Counted from the first letter of the stretch, positions 28,853 through 38,623 are shown. The stretch is 64,000 bases of DNA from Verrucomicrobiota bacterium (GCA_050010435.1 JBEKKZ010000003.1:64987-128986), one strand, 5' to 3'. Numbers and translations are program-made. Notes: a model not told the origin generated them from the sequence alone.

Positions 28853-29560
28853 TCATTTGACCGGTTCGTTGCTCAATTGGCCTTTGTCCAGATACACCGT
28901 CCGCGTCGCGCGCGCCGAGGCGTGCGGGTCGTGCGTGACCATGATGATGGTTTTGCCATGCTCCCGGTTCAGCGCCTGGAGCAAATCCAGGATTTCGTTG
29001 CCGGCCTTGCGGTCGAGGTCGCCGGTCGGCTCGTCGCACAGCAGCAGCGTCGGGTCGGTGACAATGCCGCGGGCGATGCCCACGCGCTGCTGTTCGCCGC
29101 CGGAAAGCGTGCGCGGATAATGCTTCGCGCGGTGCGACAGCCCGACCATCGCCAGCGCTGCGTCCACGTGTTTCTTCCGTTCCGCCTTGGAAAGATGCGT
29201 CAACAGCAGCGGCAGTTCCACGTTCCGTTCCGCTGTCAGCACCGGCATCAGATTGTAGAGCTGGAAGACAAACCCGACGTGCCGCGCGCGCCACGCGGCC
29301 AGCCCGTGGTCGGACAACTGGTCGAGACGCTCGCCCGCGACGCTGACCAAGCCCTTGGTCGGCCGGTCGAGACCGCCGATCAAATTCAGCAGGGTCGTCT
29401 TGCCCGAACCCGACGGCCCCATCAACGCCAGGAATTCGCCGGCGGGGACCTGCAGATGCAGGTCCGCCAGCACGTGAATGTCCTCCGAGCCGCGGTGGAA
29501 GATTTTTTCCACATTCTCAACGCGCACCAACGCGCCATGGTTTGATTGGTTTTCGTTCAT
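28853..29560 (-). CDS. ABC transporter ATP-binding protein (MacB/LolD-like)
   Basis: Walker [10 protein letters not shown], signature LSGGEQQRV, Walker B LLLCDEPT. 235 aa. Confidence 0.93.
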   Translation of the reverse strand: MNENQSNHGALVRVENVEKIFHRGSEDIHVLADLHLQVPAGEFLALMGPSGSGKTTLLNLIGGLDRPTKGLVSVAGERLDQLSDHGLAAWRARHVGFVFQLYNLMPVLTAERNVELPLLLTHLSKAERKKHVDAALAMVGLSHRAKHYPRTLSGGEQQRVGIARGIVTDPTLLLCDEPTGDLDRKAGNEILDLLQALNREHGKTIIMVTHDPHASARATRTVYLDKGQLSNEPVK

Positions 29561-30777
29561 AGCTTCCTTGCCCTGACTGGCATTCCATCGTTCAGACCGG
29601 CGGGTGGGTCCGCGATCACGTTTTCGCCGGCAGAGACGCCCGCGCTCAACACGGAGTCATCACCTTGCGTATCAATCACCGTGACGGCGCGGCGTTCGGC
29701 GCAGCCGTGCTGGACGACGAACACGACATCCCGTCCGTCCCGGCTTTGCACCGTGGTTTTCGGGACCAGCACGGTGTGATTCGCCGTGGCCGGCCCGCCG
29801 CCGGTTTCGCGAAACGCCACCTTTACCGCCATCTCCGGCAGGATGCGCGGGTCGAGCTGGTCGAAACCAACGCGCACCTTGACCGTGGATTTTTGCCGGT
29901 CGGCCGTTGGGATGATGGCAATGACCTTGCAGGGAATTTTCCATTCCGGATACGCGTCCAGCGTGGCCACGACCGGCTGGCCGGGTTGAACGCGGTTGAT
30001 GTAGCTCTCGTTGACGTCAATTTCAATTTCCAGCGAGTCCATGTCCACGACGGTGCCGATGCCCGTGCGGGTGAACCCGCCGCCGGCCGACACCGGTGAA
30101 ATCATCTCGCCCGGCTGGGCGTCCTTGGTCGTCACAATGCCCGCAAACGGCGCGCGGATGATCATGTCATCCATCTGTTGCTGCCACATGGCCACCTGGC
30201 GGTCCGCCACGGTGACATCAACTTCCTGCTGCGCCAGGTGTGCCTGCAACGATTTGGCATTCGACTCGGCCAGGTCCAGGTCGGATTGGGATGCGATGTG
30301 TTGTTTGGCCAGTTCGGTAATACGTTGAAATTCCTGGTTTGCCTGTTTGAGCTGGGCGCGGGTTTCGTCCAGTGCCGCCCTGGCCGATTCCAACTGGGCC
30401 TGCGCCACGTTCAGGCTGGCCTTGATGTTCGTATCATCCAGCCGTGCCAGAATCTGGCCTTCCTTCACTTTCATGCCCTCCTCGATAAGCACCTCGACGA
30501 CCTTGCCGGTGACCTTGGAAGAGACCGTCGCTGCGCGCCGCGCGGTGACGTAACCAGAGGCATTCAGCACCGTATGGTCCCCGCTGGCACCGCCGATTTC
30601 GCGAGCGATTGCCACCCGCACTTCCACCGCATTGGAACGCGTCAGCCGCCAAATCACCCCGGCCGCCAGGACCAGGACGACAAGACCAATGGCGACCGGC
30701 CGGATTCGTAAATTCGATTCGGGTTTGTCGCTGCGCTTGATGCGCAAGTCATCCAGCGTGGGTTTCTGCGGATCCAT
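29557..30777 (-). CDS. efflux periplasmic adaptor (HlyD/MFP family)
   Basis: Start ATG 30777 (MDPQKPTLDDL). TM anchor, coiled-coil hairpin (QAQLESARAALDETRAQLKQ), beta-barrel domains. ATGA overlap with the ATPase gene. Confidence 0.85.
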   Translation of the reverse strand: MDPQKPTLDDLRIKRSDKPESNLRIRPVAIGLVVLVLAAGVIWRLTRSNAVEVRVAIAREIGGASGDHTVLNASGYVTARRAATVSSKVTGKVVEVLIEEGMKVKEGQILARLDDTNIKASLNVAQAQLESARAALDETRAQLKQANQEFQRITELAKQHIASQSDLDLAESNAKSLQAHLAQQEVDVTVADRQVAMWQQQMDDMIIRAPFAGIVTTKDAQPGEMISPVSAGGGFTRTGIGTVVDMDSLEIEIDVNESYINRVQPGQPVVATLDAYPEWKIPCKVIAIIPTADRQKSTVKVRVGFDQLDPRILPEMAVKVAFRETGGGPATANHTVLVPKTTVQSRDGRDVVFVVQHGCAERRAVTVIDTQGDDSVLSAGVSAGENVIADPPAGLNDGMPVRARKL

Positions 30778-30899
30778 AAATCTAACCGGGCACAGGAAAC
30801 TGTTTTTTTCCGTCAGGGTCAATTACGTTGTCCCTGGCTGAACTGGCCATTGAGTGGCCAAAAGAGACTCATGCCGACCACCTCGACGTGCCGGTTAAG

Positions 30900-30974
30900 C
30901 CGGAGCACGAACGGTATTGATTAACGTAGCGCAGGCGTCTCGCCTGCAACCGGCAGCCGAGACGGCTGCGCTAC
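30900..30974. repeat. GGTATTGAT box + GTAGC...GCTAC REPIN-like element
   Basis: CCGGAGCACGAACGGTATTGATTAAC|GTAGC[GCAGGCG-TCT-CGCCTGC]AACCGG[CAGCCG-AGA-CGGCTG]CGCTAC, followed by the AAGGCGAACGG box. Confidence 0.85.
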
Positions 30975-31270
30975 TTTCAAGGCGAACGGCAAACCAGTCC
31001 GGTTTTTCCTCTTCCTCCAATCGCGACGCATTACATACCTAAGCTCATGATGCAAATACACTTGCGGCACAAATACACAGTCGGTGATACTTCCGGCGAC
31101 AACAAATAATTTGATTTCGAGCAATCTGTGATAAGTTACAATGAATACAACAATTATGTCGTTTAACTTATGACCACACGCGACCGGCCAGCCATGATCC
31201 CGAATGGGGATGCCGTTTTAGCCCTGACGGCGCCGGTCGCGGCTTGTCCCGCATTGAAAGCCATTGAAAA

Positions 31271-31996
31271 ATGAAAGCCCCGCTGCCAACCAATGAAGCC
31301 GAACGACTCGCGGCCCTGAAGGAATATCACATTCTCGATACTGGGACCGAGCAGTCCTACGACGATATCACCACCCTGGCCGCGCATATTTGCGAGGTTC
31401 CCATCGCCATGATTTCTTTGGTGGACGAAGTCCGGCAGTGGTTCAAATCGAAAGTGGGATTGGAGCAGCAACAAACGTCTCGCGACGTCGCGTTCTGTGC
31501 GCATGCGATTCTCCAGAACGAACCCTTCATCGTCGGAGACGCAACGAAGGACCGGCGGTTTGCAGACAATGCGCTGGTCACGGGCGAACCCTATATCCGG
31601 TTTTACATTGGCATTCCCCTGATCAACCCGGAAGGACTGGCCCTGGGAACACTCTGTGTGGTTGATCATCAACCGCGCCAGCTTTCGGCCGCACAACAGG
31701 AGGCGCTGCAGGCCCTGTCGCGGCAGGTCATGGCGCTGCTGGAGTTAAGGCGGGTTTCGGCACGGCTGGCGGAGGCGCTCGATAACGTCAAAATGTTGCA
31801 GGGATTGCTGCCCATCTGCGCCTGGTGCAAGCGCATCCGGGATGACAAGGGATACTGGGATCAGGTTGAGGCTTACTTCCATAAATACACGGGCGCTGAT
31901 TTTACCCACGGCATTTGTCCCCAGTGCCTGGAGAAGGCGCATGCCGAATGGGAGCACAAACGATCAGCCACTAAAGCTGCGCACGCGGGGAATTGA
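31271..31996 (+). CDS. GAF-domain protein with Cys-rich C-terminal module
   Basis: Canonical GAF N-terminus (ERLAALKEYHILDTGTEQSYDDITTLAAHICEVPIAMISLVDEVRQWFKSKVGL...FCAHAI...RFYIGIPL). C-terminus ICAWCKRIRDDKGYW...FTHGICPQC. Confidence 0.75.
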   Translation: MKAPLPTNEAERLAALKEYHILDTGTEQSYDDITTLAAHICEVPIAMISLVDEVRQWFKSKVGLEQQQTSRDVAFCAHAILQNEPFIVGDATKDRRFADNALVTGEPYIRFYIGIPLINPEGLALGTLCVVDHQPRQLSAAQQEALQALSRQVMALLELRRVSARLAEALDNVKMLQGLLPICAWCKRIRDDKGYWDQVEAYFHKYTGADFTHGICPQCLEKAHAEWEHKRSATKAAHAGN

Positions 31997-32118
31997 TATT
32001 CGCCGCGCATCTGCGCGCCGGGCGGCAGGAACTTGCCGGTCACGGTGGATGTTGGCAAAAAGCGTTTCTCTTCGGGCCGGTTGTGGTAAGGTTGGTGCAG
32101 AAATCACTGGCTTGAATT

Positions 32119-32466
32119 ATGAGCAATCCCTTGCTGCCCAAGGCCGACTCCGAACTGGATGCCACGATCCTCAATGAAGTTCAGGTGCTCCTGTCGGAAA
32201 AGCGCACCTCGCTTTCCACCATGCGCACCGGCATCGCCGTCTTTGCGTTCCCGCTGTCGGTGTTGAGCATTTTAATCGCCACGTCGCGGTCGTATCAACT
32301 GCAAGAGGTGATGCAATGGCTGGTGCCATTGCTGCTGCTGAATCTGGGCCTCACCGTGCTGGGGGTTTATCTGGTCGCGCACGCCTTCCGGCGGATTCAT
32401 CACTACGACCGGCTGATTGATGAATTCAAACGCCAGCACAGCAAGCTGGCCGAGTTGCTGGATTGA
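32119..32466 (+). CDS. DUF202/YidH-like small membrane protein
   Basis: 115 aa. LLSEKRTSLSTMRTGIAVFAFPLSV plus two further TM helices. Confidence 0.55.
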   Translation: MSNPLLPKADSELDATILNEVQVLLSEKRTSLSTMRTGIAVFAFPLSVLSILIATSRSYQLQEVMQWLVPLLLLNLGLTVLGVYLVAHAFRRIHHYDRLIDEFKRQHSKLAELLD

Positions 32467-32523
32467 GGACCGGGTTGAGGGACAAACCCGGCCAGTCCCG
32501 CGCGAGATTTACAAACGAAGCTG

Positions 32524-33216
32524 ATGGGTTGCGCGCAAACGTCTGACTGCTATCGTTTTCGCGTGACGACCATCGTGATTGCCACACGCAACGCCCACAA
32601 GGTGGGCGAAATCCGCGCCATCCTTGGCGGCGCGTCCCAACTTCTCACGCTCAACGATTTTCCCGACCCGCCCAAAGTCGTGGAGGACGCCGGTACCTTC
32701 GCCGGCAATGCGACGAAGAAAGCCATTGAACTTGCGCGCTGGCTTGCCGTCACTTTCCCTCCCACCCGTCACTCGTCACCTCTTTTCGTGCTGGCCGACG
32801 ATTCGGGGCTGGAGGTGGACGCGCTGGACGGCGCGCCGGGCGCACGTTCGGCGCGCTTTGCCGCGCGGGATTCCGTCAAATCCGGCAATACACCCGACGC
32901 GGACAACAACGCCAGGTTGTTGCAACTGCTCGAGGACGTTCCGTTCGAAAAGCGCCGGGCGCGATTTCACTGTGTCATCGCGTTGGTGGCGATTGATTCG
33001 CAGTCCGCCATTCGCAATCCGCAGCTGTTTGACGGTGCCTGTGAAGGACGGATTGGTTTCGAGCCGCGGGGAAAGAATGGTTTCGGCTACGACCCGCTGT
33101 TTGTGCCGGTGGGATTCGAGCAGTCGTTCGCCGAACTGGGCGAGGACGTGAAAAACCGATTGAGCCACCGCGCCCGGGCATTGGAGAAGTTGAAGGCGTT
33201 TTTTTCAACGAGGTAA
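32524..33216 (+). CDS. rdgB: dITP/XTP pyrophosphatase (RdgB/HAM1 family)
   Basis: IVIATRNAHKVGEI, ADDSGLEVDALDGAPGARSARF, GFGYDPLFVP, SHRARA. Alternative GTG start at 32563. Contains in-frame repeat sequence. Confidence 0.85.
   Translation: MGCAQTSDCYRFRVTTIVIATRNAHKVGEIRAILGGASQLLTLNDFPDPPKVVEDAGTFAGNATKKAIELARWLAVTFPPTRHSSPLFVLADDSGLEVDALDGAPGARSARFAARDSVKSGNTPDADNNARLLQLLEDVPFEKRRARFHCVIALVAIDSQSAIRNPQLFDGACEGRIGFEPRGKNGFGYDPLFVPVGFEQSFAELGEDVKNRLSHRARALEKLKAFFSTR
32996..33023. repeat. heptanucleotide array (ATYCGCM-type) in frame inside rdgB
   Basis: attcgca gtccgcc attcgca atccgca, translated as DSQSAIRNPQ. Confidence 0.7.
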
Positions 33217-33264
33217 CAGGAACACAAAGGGCAGTTGAAACTGCAAACCACGCAAATTGTCCAA

Positions 33265-33333
33265 CTCGTCCTCGTTCTCGTCCTCGTCCTCGATTGAACG
33301 CAAGGGCTGCTTCGATTACGAGAACGAGGACGA
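33265..33333. repeat. inverted-repeat element with TCGTCC/TCGTTC arms
   Basis: CTCGTCCTCGTTCTCGTCCTCGTCCTCGAT ... ATCGATTACGAGAACGAGGACGA, after the rdgB stop. Confidence 0.65.
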
Positions 33334-33399
33334 TTGCTGCGGCTCTGACAGCTGTGAATTTTCCGGATCAAAAAATGTTTTAAACTTCACAGTTCAAAA

Positions 33400-34242
33400 T
33401 CACTTCAGCAAGCTGCCTAATTGCAGTTTCCGCCGCAGCTTGCCGTTGTCGGCGCACATCCGAAATTTTCCTCGTGGCGCAGGCTGGGTGTAAAATTCGC
33501 CGCCGGAACATTCCACCATCAACGCACCCGCCGCGATGTCCCACAAATTGATGGTGCGCTCGACGTAGGCGTCCAGCCGGCCGGAGGCGACGTAGGCAAG
33601 TTCGAGCGCCGCCGAGCCCATGAGCCGGACTTTCAATGCCCGACGGGAAAGACGGTTCAGAAACGGCAGGCTCTTTTCCAGGTTGGTTTTGCTCTTGGAA
33701 AATCCCATTGCGACGATGGCGTCGCCCACTTTTGCGCATTCGCTGACCCGAACGACGCGTCCGTTGAGCCACGTCGGCCCGCCCCGGGTCGCCGTCCAAA
33801 GTTCGTCCGTGAACGGACCATAAATCACACCGAGGAGGGTGACATGTGACGGGTGACGGGTGACAGGAGCCCGTGTGCGACTTCGGTTGTCTTTCTTGTC
33901 ACCTGTCACTTGCCACTCGTCACGCTTCTGCAGCGCAATGGACACGGCGGCATGGGGAATGCCGTGGGCGTAATTCACCGTGCCGTCAATCGGGTCCACC
34001 ACCCAGCGGTATTCGGCGTTCACATTCCCGGAATCGCCCTCCTCGCCGAGCAGCGGGATTTGAGGGAACGCGGTGCGCAGGATCTTTTCGATGAATTTCT
34101 GGCAGCGCACATCCAATTCGAGCTTGATGTCGTGGGCATCGGTGGAGTTGACGCGTTTGGGCGCGTGCCAGTTGGCCAGCATGAGTTTGCCGGCGGCCCG
34201 CGCGGCTTGGACTGCGGTTTTTTGTGCGGCAATTAAATTCAC
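33400..34242 (-). CDS. inositol monophosphatase family protein (SuhB-like)
   Basis: Start proposed at GTG 34242 (the longest ORF, TTG 34329, would overlap the upstream gene). LLGEEG, WVVDPIDGTVNY, GSAALELAYVASGRLD. Contains an in-frame repeat. Confidence 0.8.
   Translation of the reverse strand: MNLIAAQKTAVQAARAAGKLMLANWHAPKRVNSTDAHDIKLELDVRCQKFIEKILRTAFPQIPLLGEEGDSGNVNAEYRWVVDPIDGTVNYAHGIPHAAVSIALQKRDEWQVTGDKKDNRSRTRAPVTRHPSHVTLLGVIYGPFTDELWTATRGGPTWLNGRVVRVSECAKVGDAIVAMGFSKSKTNLEKSLPFLNRLSRRALKVRLMGSAALELAYVASGRLDAYVERTINLWDIAAGALMVECSGGEFYTQPAPRGKFRMCADNGKLRRKLQLGSLLK
33843..33923. repeat. inverted heptamer-array element (GTGACGG / CYGTCAC) in frame inside the IMPase gene
   Basis: catGTGACGGGTGACGGGTGACAGgagcc...cttGTCACCTGTCACTTGCCACTCGTCAC. 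81 nt, translated (minus strand) as EWQVTGDKKDNRSRTRAPVTRHPSHVT. Confidence 0.8.
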
Positions 34243-34304
34243 ATCAGAGTAGATGCCAGCACAAAGGCTTTCGGTCGAGATTTTTTGGAGAACCGTAAGA
34301 AACT

Positions 34305-35831
34305 TCAATGCTGAGCGCACAAATCCCAAGTGTCGGAAATCTCTTCTCCGCCATTGGGATTAAAAAAGACGAGTTGCAACTGATTGTTGGTTTCACGCAA
34401 CAAATAATTTCCCGGCGAGTCTTCTTCTCGGAATTGTCCACCAACGAATTCATTGTCCCATCCATACCAACTTTTCGAGCCATCCCAATGTTTGGGGCCG
34501 TTGTTGGGATCTGAAATTGTGTCCCGAAGTTTGGTCCGGGCTTCGGCGATAGTCTGCCAGCCGCCGTCGCCTAAAGTAAGGCGAAGAATAATTTGCTCTT
34601 CGCGCATGTTGTTATATGAGCGATAATAGCCGCCTTTCACCAACTTCACCTCGATTTTTGGCAAAGAAAGATAAACCAAGCTGACAAGAACGATGCTGGC
34701 GACCGTCACGATTTCAATCCGTCGCGGAAGTTTGGTTTTGTGCGTTTCGTTGGCGAATGCCAATAGGCAAACCACGAGCAAGCCGGCGGCAAAAAGTCCC
34801 GCTCCCCAATTCAGCGCCGTAGTCAATGCACCCTGCTGGCTGAACAGGCGATTCTTTTTCTCTGAAAATGGCGTCCAGTCGAGCCATCCATCCTTGCGCA
34901 TGTCGGCGGGTGAAAGTGTCGCTGTGAGTTTGGTGCCCGTCGCCGAATCACTTACCCACGTGCACAGCAACGGATGAGCGATGTTCGGTCGTGTGCAACA
35001 TTCCACTTTGAAATGCGGCGCTTCCGCCCGCGACGAGCCGAACACATATAGTTCAACGCTCAACGGCCCATTGTCCACACCGGTCAGTCGCATCGGATAA
35101 ACCGGTTTGTCGGTCTTGAAGGTTAAGGAAAGCGGATGCGGCGTGCTGGTTTCGTTGTCCGGCTTGTCGCGCCGGACTTTCGTGGCCACAAAGACCCAAC
35201 CGTCCTTGACATAGCTGGCGATCACCGGTTCCGCATTAGTCGGCACGACGTATCCGTTTTCAGACAGCCACACTTGCAACGCTTTCGCGTCATGCGAGGC
35301 GATGGTTGTGGTTTCAAAAACGCCGACAAGCTTGCGGTCGAGAATAGAGACGGCTTCGCTGGAAATCGGAGAAGCCTTTCCCGCTGATCTGGCTGCGGGG
35401 AGTAGCGCCGCTGCGAGGAATAAGAACAGAAACGTCAGCAGAGCGTATATGACAATATCAATGGCGGATTTTTTTGCTAAACGAAGGAGAGTAATGATCC
35501 CGGTAAAAATCAAAATTCCCAGATAATACTGCGGGACATTGTGAACGATTTGCGGTCGGAAAAGATATCCCAACGTTGGAAACAACCCTGTTGTCGCCTT
35601 TTCGATGACCGGCTGGCCGGGCAAGGGAACGACCCACGCGAAATTTGTTCCTGACCCCGTGAAGCGTGTTTCGATGACCAGCTGCTCTGTGCCGTTGGAG
35701 AAACAGATCAGCGCACGCTGGTCGGGAATCGTGACTTTGGCGGGATAGGCAATGGTCGGAACCACCATGCCGTCGGCCAGTGCCGCCACCGGCAGGAACA
35801 GGAGAAGCAAGAATGAAAAGATTCGTTGCAC
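34305..35831 (-). CDS. DUF2330-like secreted/membrane protein
   Basis: Start proposed at GTG 35831 (M)QRIFSFLLLLFLPVAALADG, a signal peptide (longest ORF starts at TTG 35924). N-terminal block PDQRALICFSNGTEQLVIETRF...FAWVVPLP resembles DUF2330 (from memory). Several TM helices. Confidence 0.6.
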   Translation of the reverse strand: MQRIFSFLLLLFLPVAALADGMVVPTIAYPAKVTIPDQRALICFSNGTEQLVIETRFTGSGTNFAWVVPLPGQPVIEKATTGLFPTLGYLFRPQIVHNVPQYYLGILIFTGIITLLRLAKKSAIDIVIYALLTFLFLFLAAALLPAARSAGKASPISSEAVSILDRKLVGVFETTTIASHDAKALQVWLSENGYVVPTNAEPVIASYVKDGWVFVATKVRRDKPDNETSTPHPLSLTFKTDKPVYPMRLTGVDNGPLSVELYVFGSSRAEAPHFKVECCTRPNIAHPLLCTWVSDSATGTKLTATLSPADMRKDGWLDWTPFSEKKNRLFSQQGALTTALNWGAGLFAAGLLVVCLLAFANETHKTKLPRRIEIVTVASIVLVSLVYLSLPKIEVKLVKGGYYRSYNNMREEQIILRLTLGDGGWQTIAEARTKLRDTISDPNNGPKHWDGSKSWYGWDNEFVGGQFREEDSPGNYLLRETNNQLQLVFFNPNGGEEISDTWDLCAQH

Positions 35832-35871
35832 TCTGGCGGAGAGGCTTATCGCTCCCGGACGTGAAGGCAAA

Positions 35872-36045
35872 TCAAATTTTCTCCCACCCGACCTGAACTT
35901 CTTCTCCACCGTCACCCCACGCAATACGAAGAGCCAGTTGCTCCTTTTTCATGTAATTGTAGAAACAACCTTTCACCAGTTTCACCTCTGTTTTCGGCAA
36001 GGAGAGATAAAACAATCCGGCAAGAATGATGCTGGCGACCGTCAC
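35872..36045 (-). pseudogene. paralogous fragment (or 57-aa mini-gene) of the TM + beta module of the DUF2330-like gene
   Basis: VASIILAGLFYLSLPKTEVKLVKGCFYNYMKKEQLALRIAWGDGG vs VASIVLVSLVYLSLPKIEVKLVKGGYYRSYNNMREEQIILRLTLGDGG (34540..34720). DNA similarity is visible. Only GTG 36045 is available as a start. Confidence 0.3.
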
Positions 36046-36120
36046 AACCCCGACCAGCGTCCCGGCAACCGCAATGTTAAATCTCTCGACTCCGGCGGCG
36101 TTGTTTGCAAAACTGGTGTC

Positions 36121-36447
36121 ATGGATGGCGACGAGCGCGACATTTTTCAATTCCTCAAAACCCGGGGAGCCGACTTTGTCAACGCAATGGAGATTTCCCG
36201 GCGTGCCGGCAACAAAAGGAGATTTTACGAAGACCCCGACTGGGCCAAAGTGGTCCTGATGCGGATGGGGGAACGCGGCATTCTGGAAAGCGACAGTCAG
36301 GGCCGCTACCGCATCAAACCGGTTTCCAGAAAGGATAAAAACAAGCGCTGGGTTGCGCCGGACATCGCCAAAATCCTCCACGAAAGCGGCGTGGAAGTTG
36401 AAGCCGGCGGTGACATTGCCTCGGACGAGTATTACGAGGAACTCTGA
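36121..36447 (+). CDS. hypothetical small protein (winged-helix-like by eye)
   Basis: 108 aa from ATG 36121 (MDGDERDIFQFLKTRGADFVNAMEISRRAGNKRRFYEDPDWAKVVLMRMGERGILE...). Coding-like composition. No motif proof. Confidence 0.45.
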   Translation: MDGDERDIFQFLKTRGADFVNAMEISRRAGNKRRFYEDPDWAKVVLMRMGERGILESDSQGRYRIKPVSRKDKNKRWVAPDIAKILHESGVEVEAGGDIASDEYYEEL

Positions 36448-36516
36448 CCGCTCATCCGCCCGGCGCAATCGCCAAACCGGATTTGCCACGCCAAAAATTT
36501 TCCGTTCGCACCCGAC

Positions 36517-37434
36517 ATGTTCGCCGCGCTGCTCACCACCCTGTTGTTTTCCATCTCCGCCATTTGCGGCCATCGCACCTCGACGCGGCTGGGCGGCGTG
36601 GAGGCGAATTTCTGGCGCATCTGCGGCGCGATGTTTTTTCTGGCGATTTGGGCGAATACGCTGGGCGCGGGCACGAGCGGCGCGGCGTTCCCCATTTTTG
36701 TCCTGAGCGGACTGGCCGGCATCGGCCTCGGCGACACCGCGTATTTTCAAGCGTTGCCGCGGCTGGGCAGCCGCCGGACCGTCCTGCTCACGCAATGCCT
36801 CATCGCGCCGTTCGCCACGTTGATCGAATGGCTCTGGCTCGGCACCCGGCTGAACCTCGCGGAAATTTTTTGCGTGGCCGTGATTCTCACCGGGGTGGTT
36901 GTCGCGCTCGCGCCGGGCGATCATTTGAAAATCGCCCCGCGCCGGTTGTGGATTGGCATTCTGGCCAGCACCATTGCCGCGCTCGGCGGCGCGTTCGGCG
37001 CAGTGTTGAGCCGCAAGGCCTACTTCGTCGCGCACGCGGTCGGCGAACATCCCGACCCCGGCACGACCGGCTACCAGCGCGTCGTCGGCGGCGCCGTTGC
37101 GCTCGGCCTGGTTTTCCTGATTGTGAAATGGCGGCATGCCCGCCGGCACGGTGATGATGCGCAAATGATGGATTCCTTTTCTGCGCGTGAAAAATTAAAG
37201 CTCTGGCCGTGGGTGCTGGTCAACAGCCTCGCCGGCCAGACGGTCGGCGTGAGTTGCATGCAATGGGCGCTCGAAAACACGCCCACCGGCATCGTCACGG
37301 CCATCATCGCCATGACCCCCATCGTCATGCTGCCGCTGACGCGCGTTTTTGAGGGTGAAAAAATCACCGCGCGGTCGCTCACCGGCGGCCTCATCGCCGT
37401 CGCGGGCGTTTTGGGCCTGACATTTTGGCATTGA
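36517..37434 (+). CDS. EamA/DMT-family transporter
   Basis: 305 aa, ~10 TM helices in two halves. Typical EamA ends ([26 protein letters not shown]). Confidence 0.75.
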   Translation: MFAALLTTLLFSISAICGHRTSTRLGGVEANFWRICGAMFFLAIWANTLGAGTSGAAFPIFVLSGLAGIGLGDTAYFQALPRLGSRRTVLLTQCLIAPFATLIEWLWLGTRLNLAEIFCVAVILTGVVVALAPGDHLKIAPRRLWIGILASTIAALGGAFGAVLSRKAYFVAHAVGEHPDPGTTGYQRVVGGAVALGLVFLIVKWRHARRHGDDAQMMDSFSAREKLKLWPWVLVNSLAGQTVGVSCMQWALENTPTGIVTAIIAMTPIVMLPLTRVFEGEKITARSLTGGLIAVAGVLGLTFWH

Positions 37435-37446
37435 ATCATTTTGGCA

Positions 37447-37512
37447 TTTTAATCTTAATCGTCATCTTAATCCGGTTCACCTCTCGATTACGATTAAGAG
37501 CAGGATTGGGAT
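37447..37512. repeat. inverted-repeat element with CTTAATCG-type arms
   Basis: TTTTAATCTTAATCGTCATCTTAATCC ... CTCGATTACGATTAAGAGCAGGATTGGGA, filling the EamA-ferredoxin spacer. Confidence 0.6.
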
Positions 37513-37513
37513 C

Positions 37514-37876
37514 ATGAAAACAGAGTTACAGACCGCCGTTGAATCGCTCGGCATCGAAAAATTCCGGCGCCACATTTTTCTTTGTGCCGACCAGACCGAG
37601 CCTAAATGTTGCGCGAAGGAGCACGGACTGGCCGCCTGGGAATTTTTGAAACGGCGGCTCAAGGAACTGAATCTCGCCGGCCCGGAGCCGCTGGTTTATC
37701 GCACCAAGGTCAACTGCCTGCGCGTCTGCGTGCGCGGGCCAATCGCAGTCGTTTATCCCGAAGGCGTCTGGTATCACTCCTGCACGCCGGAAGTGCTGGA
37801 ACGCATCATCCAGGAGCACCTGATCGGCGGGAAAATTGTCGGGGAGTTTGCCTTTGCGCATAATCCGCTGCCGTGA
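37514..37876 (+). CDS. thioredoxin-like [2Fe-2S] ferredoxin
   Basis: 120 aa. [14 protein letters not shown]...[22 protein letters not shown], matching the Cys pattern of (2Fe-2S) ferredoxin-domain proteins. Confidence 0.7.
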   Translation: MKTELQTAVESLGIEKFRRHIFLCADQTEPKCCAKEHGLAAWEFLKRRLKELNLAGPEPLVYRTKVNCLRVCVRGPIAVVYPEGVWYHSCTPEVLERIIQEHLIGGKIVGEFAFAHNPLP

Positions 37877-38014
37877 ATCCAACGGGTCCGGTTAACATAA
37901 ATTCCCAATCTTTATCGCGACAATTCGCGCCATAATTCAGGCTGCACCATCCCCCATTTTCCGCTCGACTTTCGTTTATTTAACGTGCAGAATTACCCCA
38001 GTTTCGGAGGAAAT

Positions 38015-38623
38015 ATGGCCAGACTGCTCATCAAGACCGGGGGTTTGGAAAACCAGACGTTAGAACTGCGTTTTGGCACCAATCGCGTCGGGCGCGACCC
38101 CGACTGTGACTTCCCCATCGATCATCCCACCGTGTCCTCCAACCACTGCGAACTGGTGTTGTCGAGCGAAGGGGTGATGCTCCGCGATTGCGGTTCGACC
38201 AACGGCACGTTCGTCAACGGCGATCCGGTCAAGGAAGCGTGGCTGCTTCCCGGCCAGACGGTGAATTTGGGCGACGTGGAATTATTCGTCGAATCCACCG
38301 AGGTCAACGTTGCGATCCCCAAGTATGAGCGCGAGCGTCCCAAACCGCCGGTGGTGCTTGAAGGCGGCGTGATCCTCTGCCCGCGCCATCCGCAGGTGCC
38401 GGTCACCTACAAATGCACCCACTGCAACGAGGTGATGTGCAACGGTTGCGTGCATGTGATACAACGCAAAGGCGGCCTGCCGCTGTTCCTCTGCACGCTT
38501 TGCAGCCACAAGTGCGAACCCGTTGAAGTCGTGAAACAGGTGAAGAAAAAAACGTTGTTCGGCATTTTGCGGGACACCGTCAGAGTCCGGTTCCGGAATC
38601 CCATCAAACGCGATAAATTTTAA
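38015..38623 (+). CDS. FHA-domain protein with C-terminal Cys-rich zinc-finger module
   Basis: ATG 38015 preceded by GGAGG. FHA core (GTNRVGRDPDCDFPIDHPTVSSNHCELVL...LRDCGSTNGTFVNG). C-terminus CPRHP...CTHCNEVMCNGCVH...CTLCSHKC. Confidence 0.75.
   Translation: MARLLIKTGGLENQTLELRFGTNRVGRDPDCDFPIDHPTVSSNHCELVLSSEGVMLRDCGSTNGTFVNGDPVKEAWLLPGQTVNLGDVELFVESTEVNVAIPKYERERPKPPVVLEGGVILCPRHPQVPVTYKCTHCNEVMCNGCVHVIQRKGGLPLFLCTLCSHKCEPVEVVKQVKKKTLFGILRDTVRVRFRNPIKRDKF

Noticed and set aside
36076-37164. Bulk of the 430-aa minus-strand ORF 35872..37164
   Set aside because: It is antisense to the EamA transporter and the small + strand gene. Only its last ~60 codons (35872..36045) look meaningful (see finding).
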